DNA of 62,815 nucleotides, filler included, from Rhabdomonas costata (lineage: Eukaryota): assembly GCA_019059605.1 (NCBI GenBank). It is 36 parts of 36 records of this genome, joined end to end, with 100 filler letters (N's around TTAATTAATTAA, not from the genome) between each part and the next. Parts side by side here need not be neighbours in the genome. Positions count along the whole stretch, not along the records: positions 13,993 to 15,641 come from JAHMHO010011314.1; positions 15,742 to 17,390 come from JAHMHO010011315.1; positions 17,491 to 19,139 come from JAHMHO010011316.1; positions 19,240 to 20,887 come from JAHMHO010011317.1; positions 20,988 to 22,635 come from JAHMHO010011318.1; positions 22,736 to 24,380 come from JAHMHO010011319.1; positions 24,481 to 26,129 come from JAHMHO010011320.1; positions 26,230 to 27,877 come from JAHMHO010011321.1; 28 more parts are not named here. One strand, 5' to 3'. The notes under the pieces are model-generated. The model searched no databases. It worked only from the letters and a program-made list of their open reading frames with translations, and was not told where the DNA came from. The translations under genes were made by a program, and so were the position numbers. Each line of letters begins with the position of its first letter. Positions within the stretch are counted from its first letter, which is position 1. This document shows, piece by piece, positions 14,010 to 26,843 of this stretch.

Positions 14010-15201
14010 CGTGGTGGACCATAATCGTAGGGCTGCGCGGTGGCACGCTTCCTGGGGGAGGCGACTGGGTCGTGAGGGACGTACTCCATCTGAACCCCAT
14101 CCACCAACCCCGAATACGTTATCCCCATTCTCCGCAAGCCCCCAACACACAGCAGCGAGTTTCCACTTTGCCCTCATCTTCTTTGCGGGGCATTGCATGT
14201 TGAGCAAAACACAATGCGAAGGATGTTGGCCCTGAATCCACCGTGCGAAGCCGTGCTCCCAAGTCGGTGATATCATCCCATGGACATTCCAGCCCCCTCC
14301 CGTTACCCCGTCAACCCACCACCCACTCACCTTGTAGCAGGTGTTGCCGTCGAAGGGGGCATTCTGCACACTGTGGGGCTGCGGGGCCATGGACTCCGGG
14401 GGCCTGGCGCCGAGGTGGGGTTTGTAGTACTCCTTGGAGGTGGTCATGTCGTCGAAGGGCACGGAGGGCCTTACCATCGGCGGCGGGCGCTGACACACAC
14501 ACACACATTTTGAGGTGGAAAAAACAAAAAAAGCATAAAAAAAGGCAGCAAAACAACACACGCTCGACAGCCCGTAGCAAGAATGCAACCGTTGGGTTTC
14601 AGTTGTGGCGCTAATGGCATGGCAAAGAGCACAAAGGGGACCGAAAGCTGACACACTACGAGCACAAGGCATTGCTTTGATGGGTCTTTTCTGCCTGGGT
14701 GACATACCCAAACAACAAAGAGCGTTCACCACAGATGCGGCTGCAACTTTGAGCAGAAAAACGACTGCCATGTGAGGGAGTGGATGACGAAGAGCGGCGT
14801 GGCGCTAGGGGAAGAATGGGATTCCCGTACATTTTCCATAAATTCCCATACAGCAAACATGCACACACACTTTGTACGGCTGCCTCGTGATAGGCTTTGG
14901 GGAGAGCATCTCGCGATACGTGGTGTTGCCCACAAACGGGACTTTCCTGAAAACAAAGCAGAACATATTAGGGCAGAATAGAGCACCACTTGTATGACAG
15001 ACCCGCTGAGAGAAGATCCCATCTTAACAGTAATCGATCATGGGCTTAAAATTCCAAGGTGCAATAGGAAGGGAGGGAGACGGCAGTGGACTCAGAAAGG
15101 AGAGGGAAGGAGGGGGGGGTACACTTGGCAGCCTCCCCCATTGGCTTCATCGACTTGGAGCGTGCCGGGGTGAAGGGCAGGAAGTCGTTGTTGTACATCG
15201 T
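14010..15201 (-). CDS. SAXO/FAM154-like (Mn-motif) axonemal microtubule-stabilising protein, partial; exons 15201-15133, 14489-14331, 14089-14010
   Basis: Repeats of PFD-x2-T-x-(S/Y)K-x2-Y-x-P: TMYNNDFLPFTP..., VPFDDMTTSKEYYKPH, APFDGNTCYK|MEYVPH. The second junction is GT-AG in phase; the first needs a GC donor. Confidence 0.75.
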
Positions 15202-15975
15202 CTAAAAGGGTAAGCACCCTCCGAGACCACACACATACGCACGCAGTGAAGCCGGAAGACTCCCACCCGCAATTTCACCTCCAAAACATTGATGAGGAAG
15301 AACCCCCACAACACCACAACACCGAAAACACCCACAACACCAGGAAGCGCGTCCGACGATCGTGCAGGTGTCAAGAACAAGAAGCCACCTTCCGGGCCGC
15401 CCCATCCAAAAGCAAGCCCTATCCACAACTGCCATGCAAACTTCGCACCTTCCGCCAAGGGTACAATGCTTTTTTATGGGGGGGGGGATCCGTGGTAATC
15501 ATGGTTCACGGTTATCTGCTAATCAAAAACACAGCGGCAAGTTGGCCGCGGGGGAGCGGCTCCCGGGGGAGATTCGAACTGCCGAGAATGATGACCCCTC
15601 CCCCTCCCCCGAACTGGAAAGCAGAAAATGTGGGGCCCCGGNNNNNNNNNNNNNNNNNNNNNNNNNNNNNNNNNNNNNNNNNNNNTTAATTAATTAANNN
15701 NNNNNNNNNNNNNNNNNNNNNNNNNNNNNNNNNNNNNNNNNGGTTTCGAAACTACCATAAAGCACTGGTCAAAAAAATGGGACTTTCCAGATCCCGGAGG
15801 TCCCCTTTAATCCAAACGAATTTAAATGTACTCACTGAAGACGTTTTTCCCCTGCTCCTCCCATCCATTGTTCTTTTTCTTTTGCCCACGTGCGGAGTTT
15901 GCTTGCCTTTCTGAGATGGTGGGGTGAGGTTATAGTTGGCGTCCTGTGCTGCATGCCATGTTTCCCGTCTCAAAG

Positions 15976-17255
15976 GAACGTTCTCAAGCACCTCGTGGGG
16001 ATGCTGCAAGACTGCTGGGATGCTCTTGGAGCTGTGAAGCGAGGCGGGCGCTCCGAAGATTTGGGTAGCCCACCCAGTCCTTGGCAAGCAGGTAATCCCT
16101 GCTCTCACTGAACCTCCGTTGTTTTGTTTGTGATAAGCATTCACAGCATTACGAGGATTTGCTCTAGTACTGCCAGACGACCGTACGGTTCTTATTCAGT
16201 TTGTTTGTTTGTTTTTTGTTTGCTTTTTTTTTAACAATCTGTGTTCCCGATGGAAGGATCTTCCTGAGGAGCTTCATTCTACCACTTGCCGCGACAACAG
16301 ACTCAGACAAACTCATTTGGCTGCAGTTGACTCCTGCGCTCCCCTTCTCCAAGGGAAAAGGTTTGAAGTTTGAACATAATCTCTATGAGCGTTTTTTCGA
16401 AGTCTACCACTGGCTGCTTGGTCTCGTTGTCCAATGTTGACCAATTCCGCAGAAGAGGTTGGAGACCGCTCGCCACGCTCAGCGGTGAGCCGTCTGTGCG
16501 CTGCGCTGGGCGAGGCTCTTTCTCATACCAGGGGCCCACATGAGGGCTTGCTGGCCGCGATGTGCCTGATGCTGTTGTGGCGAGCTGCGGCTGGGCCATC
16601 GTCCGGCCTCTGGAACGCGGTGCTCCCACTGGGATGCATCAGGGGAAGGTCTGTGTGATGTCATCCTGATCAGTTCCGGTTGTGCCTTTCAGCTTTGGCG
16701 TTTGTAGGATCAGCAACATCACAACCACATCTTCCGTGATAAATGGCGGTGCTGCTTCTGGATGTCCCATTGCTTCCGCTGGCGGTTACTTGGCGGTTCT
16801 ATTGCTGTTTCATGAATTCGCACTAGTATTTAACGCGATGCGCAGAAGAACCTTTGAGACGTCTGCGGTGACACTGCCCGCAATGGGCATCCATATTTCC
16901 GTTCGCGCCAAAGAATGGGGTTGCTTTATGGGATCTACTTCCTCGGTGCTCTTTTAGGGCTCAGTCTGCGCCCCTGTGCAGCTGCCTGGCCTGCTACCTC
17001 ACTCTCCCAAAAGAGCAGCCGCCCAATGCGGAGGTCGGAGATCCGTTGCTGATCCCTATGCTTACCCCAAGGCCGTGTGACTCCGCCTGGTCTTATGTGG
17101 GTTCGACATTGCGCTGGAGGCTCTTTGGCCTTTCGCGCGGCGGAAAGGTCGGTGCCGGTGACGCCGTGCGGTGGGTTCGGTTGCAGGCGCTTCTGCTGCA
17201 CTCCGTGGTGGCCTTGGGGCTGCACGAGCAGCTCGAGGCTGAGGATGGGCCTATG
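15976..17255 (+). CDS. Three exons of an unknown helical protein (15976-16091, 16453-16648, 16958-~17255)
   Basis: GT-AG introns with consistent phases (1, then 2); Leu/Ala-rich translation; no recognisable family. Confidence 0.55.
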
Positions 17256-20200
17256 GTTAGCGTTGGTGGTCCTGAAGAGTTTGGCATCGGAGCGGTGGAA
17301 GAGCATCAGGTTTCCAGGGGGTGCAATGCCTGCCTAGAGGGACTCACGAACCTGGGGGCAACTGGCTTTCGGGATGGATTGTCCAAGGAGNNNNNNNNNN
17401 NNNNNNNNNNNNNNNNNNNNNNNNNNNNNNNNNNTTAATTAATTAANNNNNNNNNNNNNNNNNNNNNNNNNNNNNNNNNNNNNNNNNNNNCGCTTAACGC
17501 GTAACTACCTGTTTTTTGCATAGCTTTTATTGGAAAATAGGAAAACGATGGTTTTACGATCGTCACATGCGATTACGAAAAGACGCTGGTTTGTAGCCAA
17601 ATTTCTGTGCCCATGTTTTTGGGAGTGATTCTGTTAAGTCCCAATAGGCGGTGGAGGCGTAATTAGAACTGGGTCGGAAGTGGACTTTTCCGTGAATGAT
17701 GAACGAGTAATATTATACAAATGCGTCTTTTTTGCGTCAGAGCCAGGAAGGGATGATAAATAATGAAAAGATTTTGGAACCAACCTGGCGACCTGGGGTC
17801 CAAAGGCGCGGCGCTGACCAATGACCCTTCAAATTATAACGATCTTGCAGCAGTGTGCGCCGAGATTCGACCCGCGCAACCCAGGAGGAAGTGCAGGTCG
17901 GTCTTGGAGGCGCGGTACGTAATATAAATCACCCCCATTTATTGGTGTTTACCGGCAACAAGTCAATTTGTGCAGTTCCAAAGGCGTTCGTACGCAGTTT
18001 TTCTTCCAGTTCCTGCGGCCTTTCCTGCGGCAGGATTCAGTGAACATTTATGGAGGAATGAATGGGTAAATTTCGGTACATTCGTGGCTGTTGAAGAGCG
18101 GCTTCCAGGCTCAAAATTTTACTTCCGGCGAAATTTCTTGCACTAAAAAAACTGTGTTAACAAATCAGGAGCTCAAAACGTCTGCGGTCATGCGTTTGGT
18201 GTAAATGTTTGGAAGTCAATTGGAACTGCGGGTTCAACAGGCACATCTCCACAAAATGAGGTGGGACACAAAGATATTGTGAGAAAGAAACGAACATTGC
18301 AGTGGTTTCTGATCTTCTAAAAAAGAAATTATATGGTAAAAATCAATTCGACCGCATATGCTTAGTTTTGAGGTTGTGTACTTGCCGTCTTTAGGGCTGA
18401 ATAATGGGCTGCTACAGAAAAGCGTCAGCTTGAAATTTGGCTTAAGTGCGCTATTGTACCCACCGGATTATAATAGTATAGCCATGCACCTGCGGGTAAA
18501 TCCGTAATCTTAAACCAGTAGTTACGGGTGCGAGGCTGAAACTCGACCCACCAGTGAACCACAAACAAAGCTCAGTTTGGAGGCGATGAACCTGCCCACT
18601 GGGATTCTAATAGAATGTTTGCATGGGGTTAGGAGGCAATGCACGTGTAACCTAGGATTATAATACAATTAATACCCGCGATATAAATACAAGGAACTTA
18701 CAAGGAAGTATCTCTGCGATTCATTGACACCAAAGGATGTGAACGTTTCCCAGGAGATTGCCGTACAAAAGGGACTGAATTATTTTGGGTGCGGAGGCCA
18801 GACCGCGGAGTGGCCGAAGCTGGGGGACCGGGCAAGTCGGGATATAAAAAAATACAAACAAGCCCTTGTACTCCAACGCCGCTGACCAGAGTTTAGAAAA
18901 AAGGTCCCAATAAAACATTCGGCTCCCGACCAAAAGCGGAACACGGGGTAGGGCGAGAGAGAGCCTCCGCGCAATCTTTCGGCCTTGCAATCGGTGAAAG
19001 GTCCCAATCGGACAGTTTGTTGAGATTTCAGGGGTTAAGTCGACCTTACCACCACCCCGTAGGACATTCACCACCACGTCTTTCCCGCAGCTTTGGGCAA
19101 TCTCCTTTCTTATCTTTTCTTCGGCCATGCCCACACACCNNNNNNNNNNNNNNNNNNNNNNNNNNNNNNNNNNNNNNNNNNNNTTAATTAATTAANNNNN
19201 NNNNNNNNNNNNNNNNNNNNNNNNNNNNNNNNNNNNNNNGTGTTGGGGTGGTTTGGGTCGGTGTGGGTGTAGACCGAGGGAAGCGGGGTAATCAGGAAGA
19301 TGATGTTGCCCGAGAAGTTCTCAGATGCAACCTTGGTTTTTTTATGTCGCCGGACGTTGGGCGGCAGTGCGTATGGGCTCATGGAGCACGGAGCTGCCAG
19401 GCAAGCAAGAACACTTCATTTTCGCCGAGCATTCCAAACAAATGCAGCGCGGGCCACCTCAGACTTGAGAAATGCAGCGGAAGCAACAAGGCATAAGCAA
19501 TGTTCACAGTTGCGCCACCTGTATCGGCCATCGGCAAGCAGTCATAGTTACACTCGATACGGAACAAGGGCGGGGAAGGGGAGTACAGACAGCCGGAATA
19601 AAGATTAAGGATGAGGCCTGAAGGTTCACTGTACCATGTAACGGCATTGTAACGGCATTCTCCTGAAGGCATTTAAATGTCTGCCAATGAATGAAAATCC
19701 GAACCCTTCAGTTGCGAACCAGAGCGTAAGTCCAAATATATCGTCTCCATTGTGTGCTGCTTTGCATATGTATGTGTGAACATTGTGAACAGCCTGCTGA
19801 TTGTCGCAGCATGTCAGCGGACATTCTGCAACACTGTTTTAGTAGGAACCACCCCAGAAAAGAACGTCTCCTTAAGAGCACACTGCTTTCCTCATCGATC
19901 AGGTGGGGCGGGAAATATGCCAGAATCTTGGCGAATGTTTCGAGATGCTTTCACAATGTAATGGTCTCAGGACTGCTTCTCGGCAGTTTACCAGCATAAA
20001 AGCCTGATTGCCAAGGTCAACGGTACCATGCTGTAATTGAGGAGTCATTGAGGCCAGAAGTTTGCAACAGCCACCCCCGTCCCCCACTCAAATGTCCGAA
20101 AACCATTAACTATTGGCAAGTAGAAGCCCCGACTTCTTATTCGTTATTTTGTGTAGATCCTGGCGCTCGCCGGCCTGACTCAGTCCCTCTTCTGAATCAC

Positions 20201-20408
20201 GGACACGATACGGTTTCGCGGTTTTGGTAGCAGGCCAGACAACAGGGCGCATCTTCATGTTCCAGCATCGTCTTCAGTCGCATAATGAATGGGATCGAAA
20301 ACATTAGGTTCAGAGCATGAGCTAATATGCAAGAACCTTCATTCAGCCTAGGGGTTGGCAGTCCAAGTTATATGGACATTTCAGCATCCCTCCCGACTCA
20401 TCGCAGAC

Positions 20409-20579
20409 CTTGGGGTCCGTGGTTGTGGACATCAATGCGAGGTCGCACAGCGCTCTGCCGAACATGAATCCAAACATCTCCTTCTCGCCATTTGGAGGAT
20501 TCTGCATGGCACGGTAGGCGTCGACGAAGGGCTGCTCAATGAGTCCTACGGCCACATCATCGAAAGTGAGAAGCGCACG
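20409..20579 (-). CDS. Isolated exon, unknown protein
   Basis: aag|RALLTFDDVAVGLIEQPFVDAYRAMQNPPNGEKEMFGFMFGRALCDLALMSTTTDPK|gt; coding-like codon usage. Confidence 0.45.
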
Positions 20580-20802
20580 CTTTTGCAACGAGGAAACGAG
20601 GAAAAAAACGTCACCACCGAGGAAGAGCAACGACGCAATGAAACCGGGATGAAACGCTCTCCCCACAGCCATGCACAGCTAGGAACGGCCTTTTTTATTA
20701 AAAATGTTCCCTTTTATACCGATGTTTTTCCTCTCTCTCTCTCTTTCTGACCAGCAGCTGTTCTTTTCATTGACATGTGTCACTGCCTCTTTCGGCTCGC
20801 CG

Positions 20803-20887
20803 ATGACGGATCCCAACACCGTCTTGCAGCAAATCCTCGCTGCTGTGGAGCAGATCAAGGCTTCCCAGCAGTCCCCCCAACAGAGTC
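20803..20887 (+). CDS. 5' end of an unknown gene (MTDPNTVLQQILAAVEQIKASQQSPQQS...)
   Basis: ATG about 50 nt downstream of a (CT)n pyrimidine tract ending in CAG (about 20725-20754); truncated by the contig end. Confidence 0.45.
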
Positions 20888-21887
20888 NNNNNNNNNNNNN
20901 NNNNNNNNNNNNNNNNNNNNNNNNNNNNNNNTTAATTAATTAANNNNNNNNNNNNNNNNNNNNNNNNNNNNNNNNNNNNNNNNNNNNGTGGGTGGTGTTA
21001 TTTTACTGCCACTGTGATGTTTTTGGAGGTCTTTTGGGCGCCTTTGCCTTTTCCTTCTCTGTCTGACCGCCTCATCGGGGGGGGGGGGGTTCTTCTCGCT
21101 GCAGGAAGCCTTGGTGAGACTCCAAGCTGAGCTTGGCGCTCTTCAGGTGGAATACGCTTTAAAACCTCCTCAGTGAGCCCCCTCTCCCTCTTCCCCCTCA
21201 CCCTTGGACCAGACTGACGCCTTCCCATTTCCGACCCATTCACCCGCACGCACACACGCGCGCTTGCACTCCTTCCACCAGCATCACGGTCTCCTGTCGT
21301 GCTATTGAATTTGGATGTCACAGGGTCAGATTCAGCGGCTGCACTCCAGCGTGCCGTTGAGCGGGCCGCAGGTACTGCCGCACGCAATCTTCCCCTTGCT
21401 CCACTTTTTTTATTTCTCTCTTCCCACTGCATTGAACTCCGACCCGGCGCCCTCCCCCCTCCCCGTCTCGATTCCCTTCCTCCTCCTTGTCAAAGGCAGT
21501 GCCTTTGAGCACGCCAAAGCTCCCCAGGAGTGGGGGACTCTTGCGGGTGCGTCTCACTGTTAGTTATCGTGCAGGGATTATAAATGCAACGACCGTTTAT
21601 AAAAATACAGTTATAAAAACAGTACAGTTACCAGTCTTCTCGGGGTTTGGTGTGAAAGAAATGCAAGCCAATACTTCTTGGGGTGTGAGGGGAATGTTAA
21701 CCGATACCTTTGGAAAATAAACTCTGAGGGGGGGGGCTGTGACCACACGTGCCTTATTGATCAACTTTACCCGTTCCTGTCGCTACTCGTCGTCCCCTGT
21801 TGCACCGAAATTCCTGCTGTTCAAAGCATTTCTTTTGTGTTCCCACACAAAGAGACAGAAAGTGGAGGGCGCCTTTCCGCCTTTTAG

Positions 21888-22599
21888 GAAGGCCAGGGCG
21901 CTACCGCTGCAGCTACAGGTGGGGAAAGGGTAATAACGGTGCCCCCGATCTTCCCGGGGGGACCAACCGAGGCCCATGTCTTCGACAGTGGGGTGCGGGT
22001 GTGGAAGCACTTTTTGCGGAAGAGCCAGCGGGAGCGGTTTGAACAGGACAACCTCTGGGAGAAGGTCGATGAGCGCCTTATCACCGCGGTGTTGAGGCAC
22101 GCCCGGAAGGGCGACGTCTTCCTGGACTTAGGTGCGTGGGGGGAGGAACAAGCTCTTTCTGTTCTGCGCATGCTTTTTGCTTTGTCCATTTCCAGAATGA
22201 TTGTTTTGGTTTACCTCATGCTATGCGTAATCCAGTGTATTTACGGTGTTCGGTCGAGGTGAAGGCAAGAAGTGCAGCTTTGATTGCATATGGATGGATC
22301 CATCTTTGAACCTGATGATGATGATGCACACATTCCACGACCGCTAAAGGGTGCGAGGAGCTTGTGGCTTCCCTGCACACTCCACACGCAGCCTATTTTG
22401 GGAAACCGTTCCTTTCATCTTGACAGGAGCAGCGCTGGGGTATTACAGTCTGTTGGCCAGGAGGATTAGCTCCGAGATTGAGGTGCACGCATTCAACCCG
22501 CACCCCAAGTTCGTGGCCCGGATGCGCCAGAACATGCAGCTCAACGGGGTGTCCGATATTACAATTCACCAGATGGCCATCGCGGATCGTCCCATGCAG
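21888..22599 (+). CDS. FkbM-family (Methyltransf_21) SAM-dependent methyltransferase, partial; exons 21888-22131, 22427-22599
   Basis: Spliced motif I GDVFLDLG|AALGYYSLLA, then EVHAFNPHP...MRQNMQLNGVSDITIHQMAIAD, the typical FkbM pattern; phase-1 GT-AG intron. Confidence 0.85.
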
Positions 22600-22790
22600 G
22601 TCCCAAAACCACATTTGCACTCGAATCATCGACCGNNNNNNNNNNNNNNNNNNNNNNNNNNNNNNNNNNNNNNNNNNNNTTAATTAATTAANNNNNNNNN
22701 NNNNNNNNNNNNNNNNNNNNNNNNNNNNNNNNNNNGGTTTTGCAGACGAACAGCAGAGGGAAAGGGGTGGTGATTTGGAGTGGGGTGGAC

Positions 22791-23006
22791 CTGCATGGTC
22801 TCCGTAGACGCATCCTTCAGCTCCGTGATCGCATGGGCAGAGTATAACACCAGCACAGTCACCACCGCCGCGGTAGTCAGCACTAGCGCCATCACAAAGA
22901 AGCTCAGGCTGCACACCCGGATGGAGAGCAGGCGGTCCAGCAGAGACTCCGGCGGCAACAGCCCGGTGGCGGAGGAGCTCTCGTCGTGGTCATGGTCTTG
23001 CTCCAT
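22791..23006 (-). CDS. First exon of a membrane protein with an N-terminal TM helix (resembles the N-terminus of Cache-type receptors)
   Basis: MEQDHDHDE...LSIRVCSLSFFVMALVLTTAAVVTVLVLYSAHAITELKDASTETMQ|gt; pyrimidine-rich tract upstream on the minus strand. Confidence 0.6.
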
Positions 23007-24106
23007 TTAGATGGAAGTGGTTGGTTGTGGCGGTTGGCTCGGTTACTTTTGTAAAACTACTGCCTCAGGACGAGTGATGTTGTAAAAGATAGGTTGGGAG
23101 AAAATGTTGCGCAACTGTTGCTTCGCAACGATTTGCGACGGCAATCAGAGAGATAGACGGGCCACAGGAGTGGAAGGCTGCGCCCAGAAGAAAAAAGAAC
23201 GGGGGAGAGGGTGCAGGTCGAAAAAAAACAACACAACAGAAGGAACAGAAGGAATGCTGGGGTCTTGGGAAAAGGCTTCGGTTGCTTCGGTTGGGAAGGC
23301 GAAAGCAGAGTGCAATAGGGAAGAGCCTTGGCAAAAACAAACAGCAACCTGATGCAAGAAAAGATGCACGGGTCCCAGTGAGGGCATCCGTTTTCACCGT
23401 GGGCACTTTGCCCTTGATGCTTTTCGTACGATTCGGGTGGAAGAGTTTGGATGAGTTCGCGTTACCCCAAAAACTGTGTTCAGAGCAACATTATCCGTGA
23501 AGTGAGTGTGTTCTACTATGCAGGCTCTACGCTGGCACTCGGTTGGACTCTATAGCGGAGGTGGCCTCGATCAAAGACCCTACCGAGGCTCACGATGAAT
23601 CACGATGAATTCCGATGTCCTCAAGAATAACCTGAAAGTAGACCAACCTTCAACGAACCGAACCAAGGAACGAGACTGGTTGGGGTGGGTTGACCTGTGT
23701 GTGCTCGTGACTTGGTGAAGAGAGAGGTGTGTTGGCTGGGCAGTAGGAAGCAACCGAAAGGCAAGGGTTTGTGAACGGACGGCAACCCAACGCGAGAGCA
23801 TGATCAGTCCTGAAGCAAACCTTGATCATTAACCCTTTCTTGAATTGGCCCGGCCTGGGCACAAACTGGCTCCACACATCAATCGCCATTCATTCCATGT
23901 GTTGTCATTTCGAAAGCCTGGTGCCGAACTTCAATTGTAACCACGCACCGTGAAACCTAGGCCTAAATCGGTAACCAAAACCATCGACCCATTGAATCGA
24001 TGAACCAAGCACGATCAGATTTTACAGTCCGCAGCCGCAAATGTCACAGGTCCATCAACCTCCCAGAACTTGTCCAACAGCCGAGGTCACAGGGCCAGTC
24101 CTCACC

Positions 24107-24380
24107 TCATGAAGCGGACGACCCCGAGCCCGATTTTCCGGGCTTAGTCTTGGGTTTAGCGGTGGTGAAGGTGAGATTGAGGATCCCGATGCGGACCTCA
24201 ATCCGGGAGCGGTCGTACTGCGTCAGCGCCCGAGTGAGGGTCTTCTCGTGGCGGGACAGCACACCAAGCACCGCCCCAGTGAGATGCCCGATTTGGGTCA
24301 CCAGGTATCCCACGACGACCATCCCTCCACTCACGGGAAACCGCAGCGCCCTATTAAGAGCGGACAAAAGTGCGGCTGCG
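24107..24380 (-). CDS. 3' terminal exon of an unknown gene lying head-to-tail upstream of the 23006 gene
   Basis: Open GC3-rich frame from the contig end to TGA: ...GMVVVGYLVTQIGHLTGAVLGVLSRHEKTLTRALTQYDRSRIEVRIGILNLTF...SSAS*. Confidence 0.5.
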
Positions 24381-24480
24381 NNNNNNNNNNNNNNNNNNNN
24401 NNNNNNNNNNNNNNNNNNNNNNNNTTAATTAATTAANNNNNNNNNNNNNNNNNNNNNNNNNNNNNNNNNNNNNNNNNNNN

Positions 24481-25457
24481 TGGTTTGGGTGGAAGACCTT
24501 TTGCTAGACGAGGGCGTGCTGAGGCAGAGAGTGGGCCAGCACTTTGCGGAGAAGATGGGGCAGGCTCAAGACGCCCTCCGGAGGTTCGGGATGGGACAGC
24601 GCGCCCCGGCGCAGGGCCAGGCGTATCTGGACTACGGGGACCCAAGCAGCAGCGAAGGTATGCGGCTTGGAGCAGGGGCCGTGAGCTGCGTATCTGCATT
24701 GGAAGGCGCCCCAGAAGATGGGAGAAAAAACGCGGGAACGTGGGATAGGGGAAGAACGTATTGTTGTTTTGACCTTGTGTCCTTTCCCTCGGCTTTGCTG
24801 TGATGAAAGTAAAAAAATGAAACCAAAGGGAAAAGGTAGACAGCACCGAAGTCGAAACGCATCTGACCATGCGAGATAAATTAGCCTGACTCTTGTGCAC
24901 AACCAATCCCACGTGAAAAATAGTACCCCCGTCTTCTTCGTTTTTGACTGAAAATCGATGCCTGTTTCATATAACACGCTGTACTGTTGTCAGACTTAGA
25001 CCTCAGCACACACAAAAGAGAGTCACATTTTTATGTTGTGAATGAAACAAATCGTAATCTGTTGGAAGCCTCTGTAGCCGAGGAAGGTGCGACGTCCATG
25101 CAACGTTTTGCTGAGGCCCCTGCCGTCAGAGGGAACCGGGAGAGTGTTAAATTGCGTGTTAATTGCATGCCCTGTGTTCTCTTTTGTCCTTTTCCGTCAT
25201 CTCTTCCCGCCTGCAATGATTGAATGAACCTAATGTGGCCACAGGGTTAGTGAGCAGTTTGAGGTGAGGGTGCTCACTCAGGGTCTGCGGTGGATGAAGC
25301 TCGGCTTCGGCAGGCACAGGAGGTCTTTCTGGAGGAGCTTGGGTCGGTCACCTTGGACTCCGTGATGGGCTGCTTTCGAAGATTCGTAACACGATTTGGG
25401 CCTTGCATCGCCGACGGTGCGGAATTGCTGCGGAAGCACTTGCTGGCCAAGCGAACG
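24481..25457 (+). CDS. Two exons (24481-24657, 25282-25457) of an unknown protein
   Basis: WVEDLLLDEGVLRQRVGQHFAEK...SSE-G|SAVDEARLRQAQEVFLEELG...LLAKRT|gt; phase-1 GT-AG intron. Confidence 0.6.
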
Positions 25458-26229
25458 GTTGATTGGTCTGTGTGGGAGAGAAATGAGGATACTGCATGGA
25501 ATGTCAGTTGAATGCCCGCTACCCCCGTCCCTCCGACATTATGGCAGAGCTCTCAAGCGCCTGGCTTGGGATGCGCTCGTTCGTGGTCTGGATTATTATT
25601 ATTTTTTGGCGGTTTACCCGTGTTGTATATCGTTGTTCAGTTTTTTGGGTATTTTTTAAAACCCATGAGTCAAATTGGTTGCTCCTGGGAGTTAGTCGTC
25701 CGAAAAACCAAAAGAAAAACTCTTTGTATGGGTTAATCTATTTTTTCGAGATCGCTTCAGTCGTTGCGAAAAGGTTGGCTAATTTTTCTTTTCTCTTGTC
25801 TTGCTTCGTGGTCCACTTGTGCAGGAAAGGGAAAGGTTAAAAGAAAGAGGGAAGAATTAGGACAACACGCTGAATGTATGCTCCCAACTGTTCGTTCGAA
25901 CACGGGACGATGAATAGCTCTGTCTGTCACCAGTCCGTGATATATACGAGTGCAGAGTGCTATCCCGAAGTGATGGAAGAGTGTCACAAAGCAGAATACC
26001 CTTACTTTTGCTTTTACGCTTTAAATTCCAGTGCGATTTAGGTTTTTGAGTTTGGGGTATTTTCTCTCGGGTGTTTTTTTTTGTGGTTTTCGGAAGTGCC
26101 CTCAATCAATAGCTGCTTGAACCAACACANNNNNNNNNNNNNNNNNNNNNNNNNNNNNNNNNNNNNNNNNNNNTTAATTAATTAANNNNNNNNNNNNNNN
26201 NNNNNNNNNNNNNNNNNNNNNNNNNNNNN

Positions 26230-26843
26230 TCACGATCGATTTGCAATCGGAAGGCCCCGGGGTAGAATCTTCCACTGGCAGTCGTAGGCATTGCTCATGA
26301 CTTCCTTCAGCTTTTCCGGCGAAGTCGCCAGTTTCTCTGCTCCTTACACTCTCCTCCTCATCTTAGTCTTCATATACTTACTGCACATTCCTAATTTGAG
26401 ATTCAGTGCCCATCTTTAAATAACCTCATTCCGCTCGCTCCTCCTCATACGGACTCACACGCTTCTGAGTACAACCATCTCTTAACGTCACCCGCCCCCC
26501 CGGCTTTAGTTTACGCCTTCTCTAGCGTCTGTGCAGAACAACTGGGCAGACACATGGCGACCTGAAAATTCTCATTGGCAAACAAAAACAGCACCAATGG
26601 ATTCACCCAAAACAAAACAGCGCAGGCCTTTCGCTCCAAGGGCTGCAACCGCATAGGCAGCAGCAACACCCCAATTTGAGGCAACATGGCGTGGTAAGGG
26701 AAAAAGGTGGGGGAACGGGCACGGGCCTGAGTCTCCATGTACTGCGCCAGCTCGCCGACGTCAATGCCGCTTTGGCTCACCCTACGAAGCAGCTGAATCA
26801 CCCACTTCGTGTCCACGCCAGCGTTGCTGACCATGGTGTAGAT
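26230..26843 (-). CDS. Two probable exons of an unknown protein
   Basis: cag|IYTMVSNAGVDTKWVIQLLRRVSQSGIDVGELAQYMETQA... and ...AEKLATSPEKLKEVMSNAYDCQWKI; exact junction uncertain. Confidence 0.45.

Noticed and set aside
17491-19139. AT-richer contig with 137-aa ORF 18721-19134
   Set aside because: No family motif or splice structure; possibly a decayed repeat, but unsupported.
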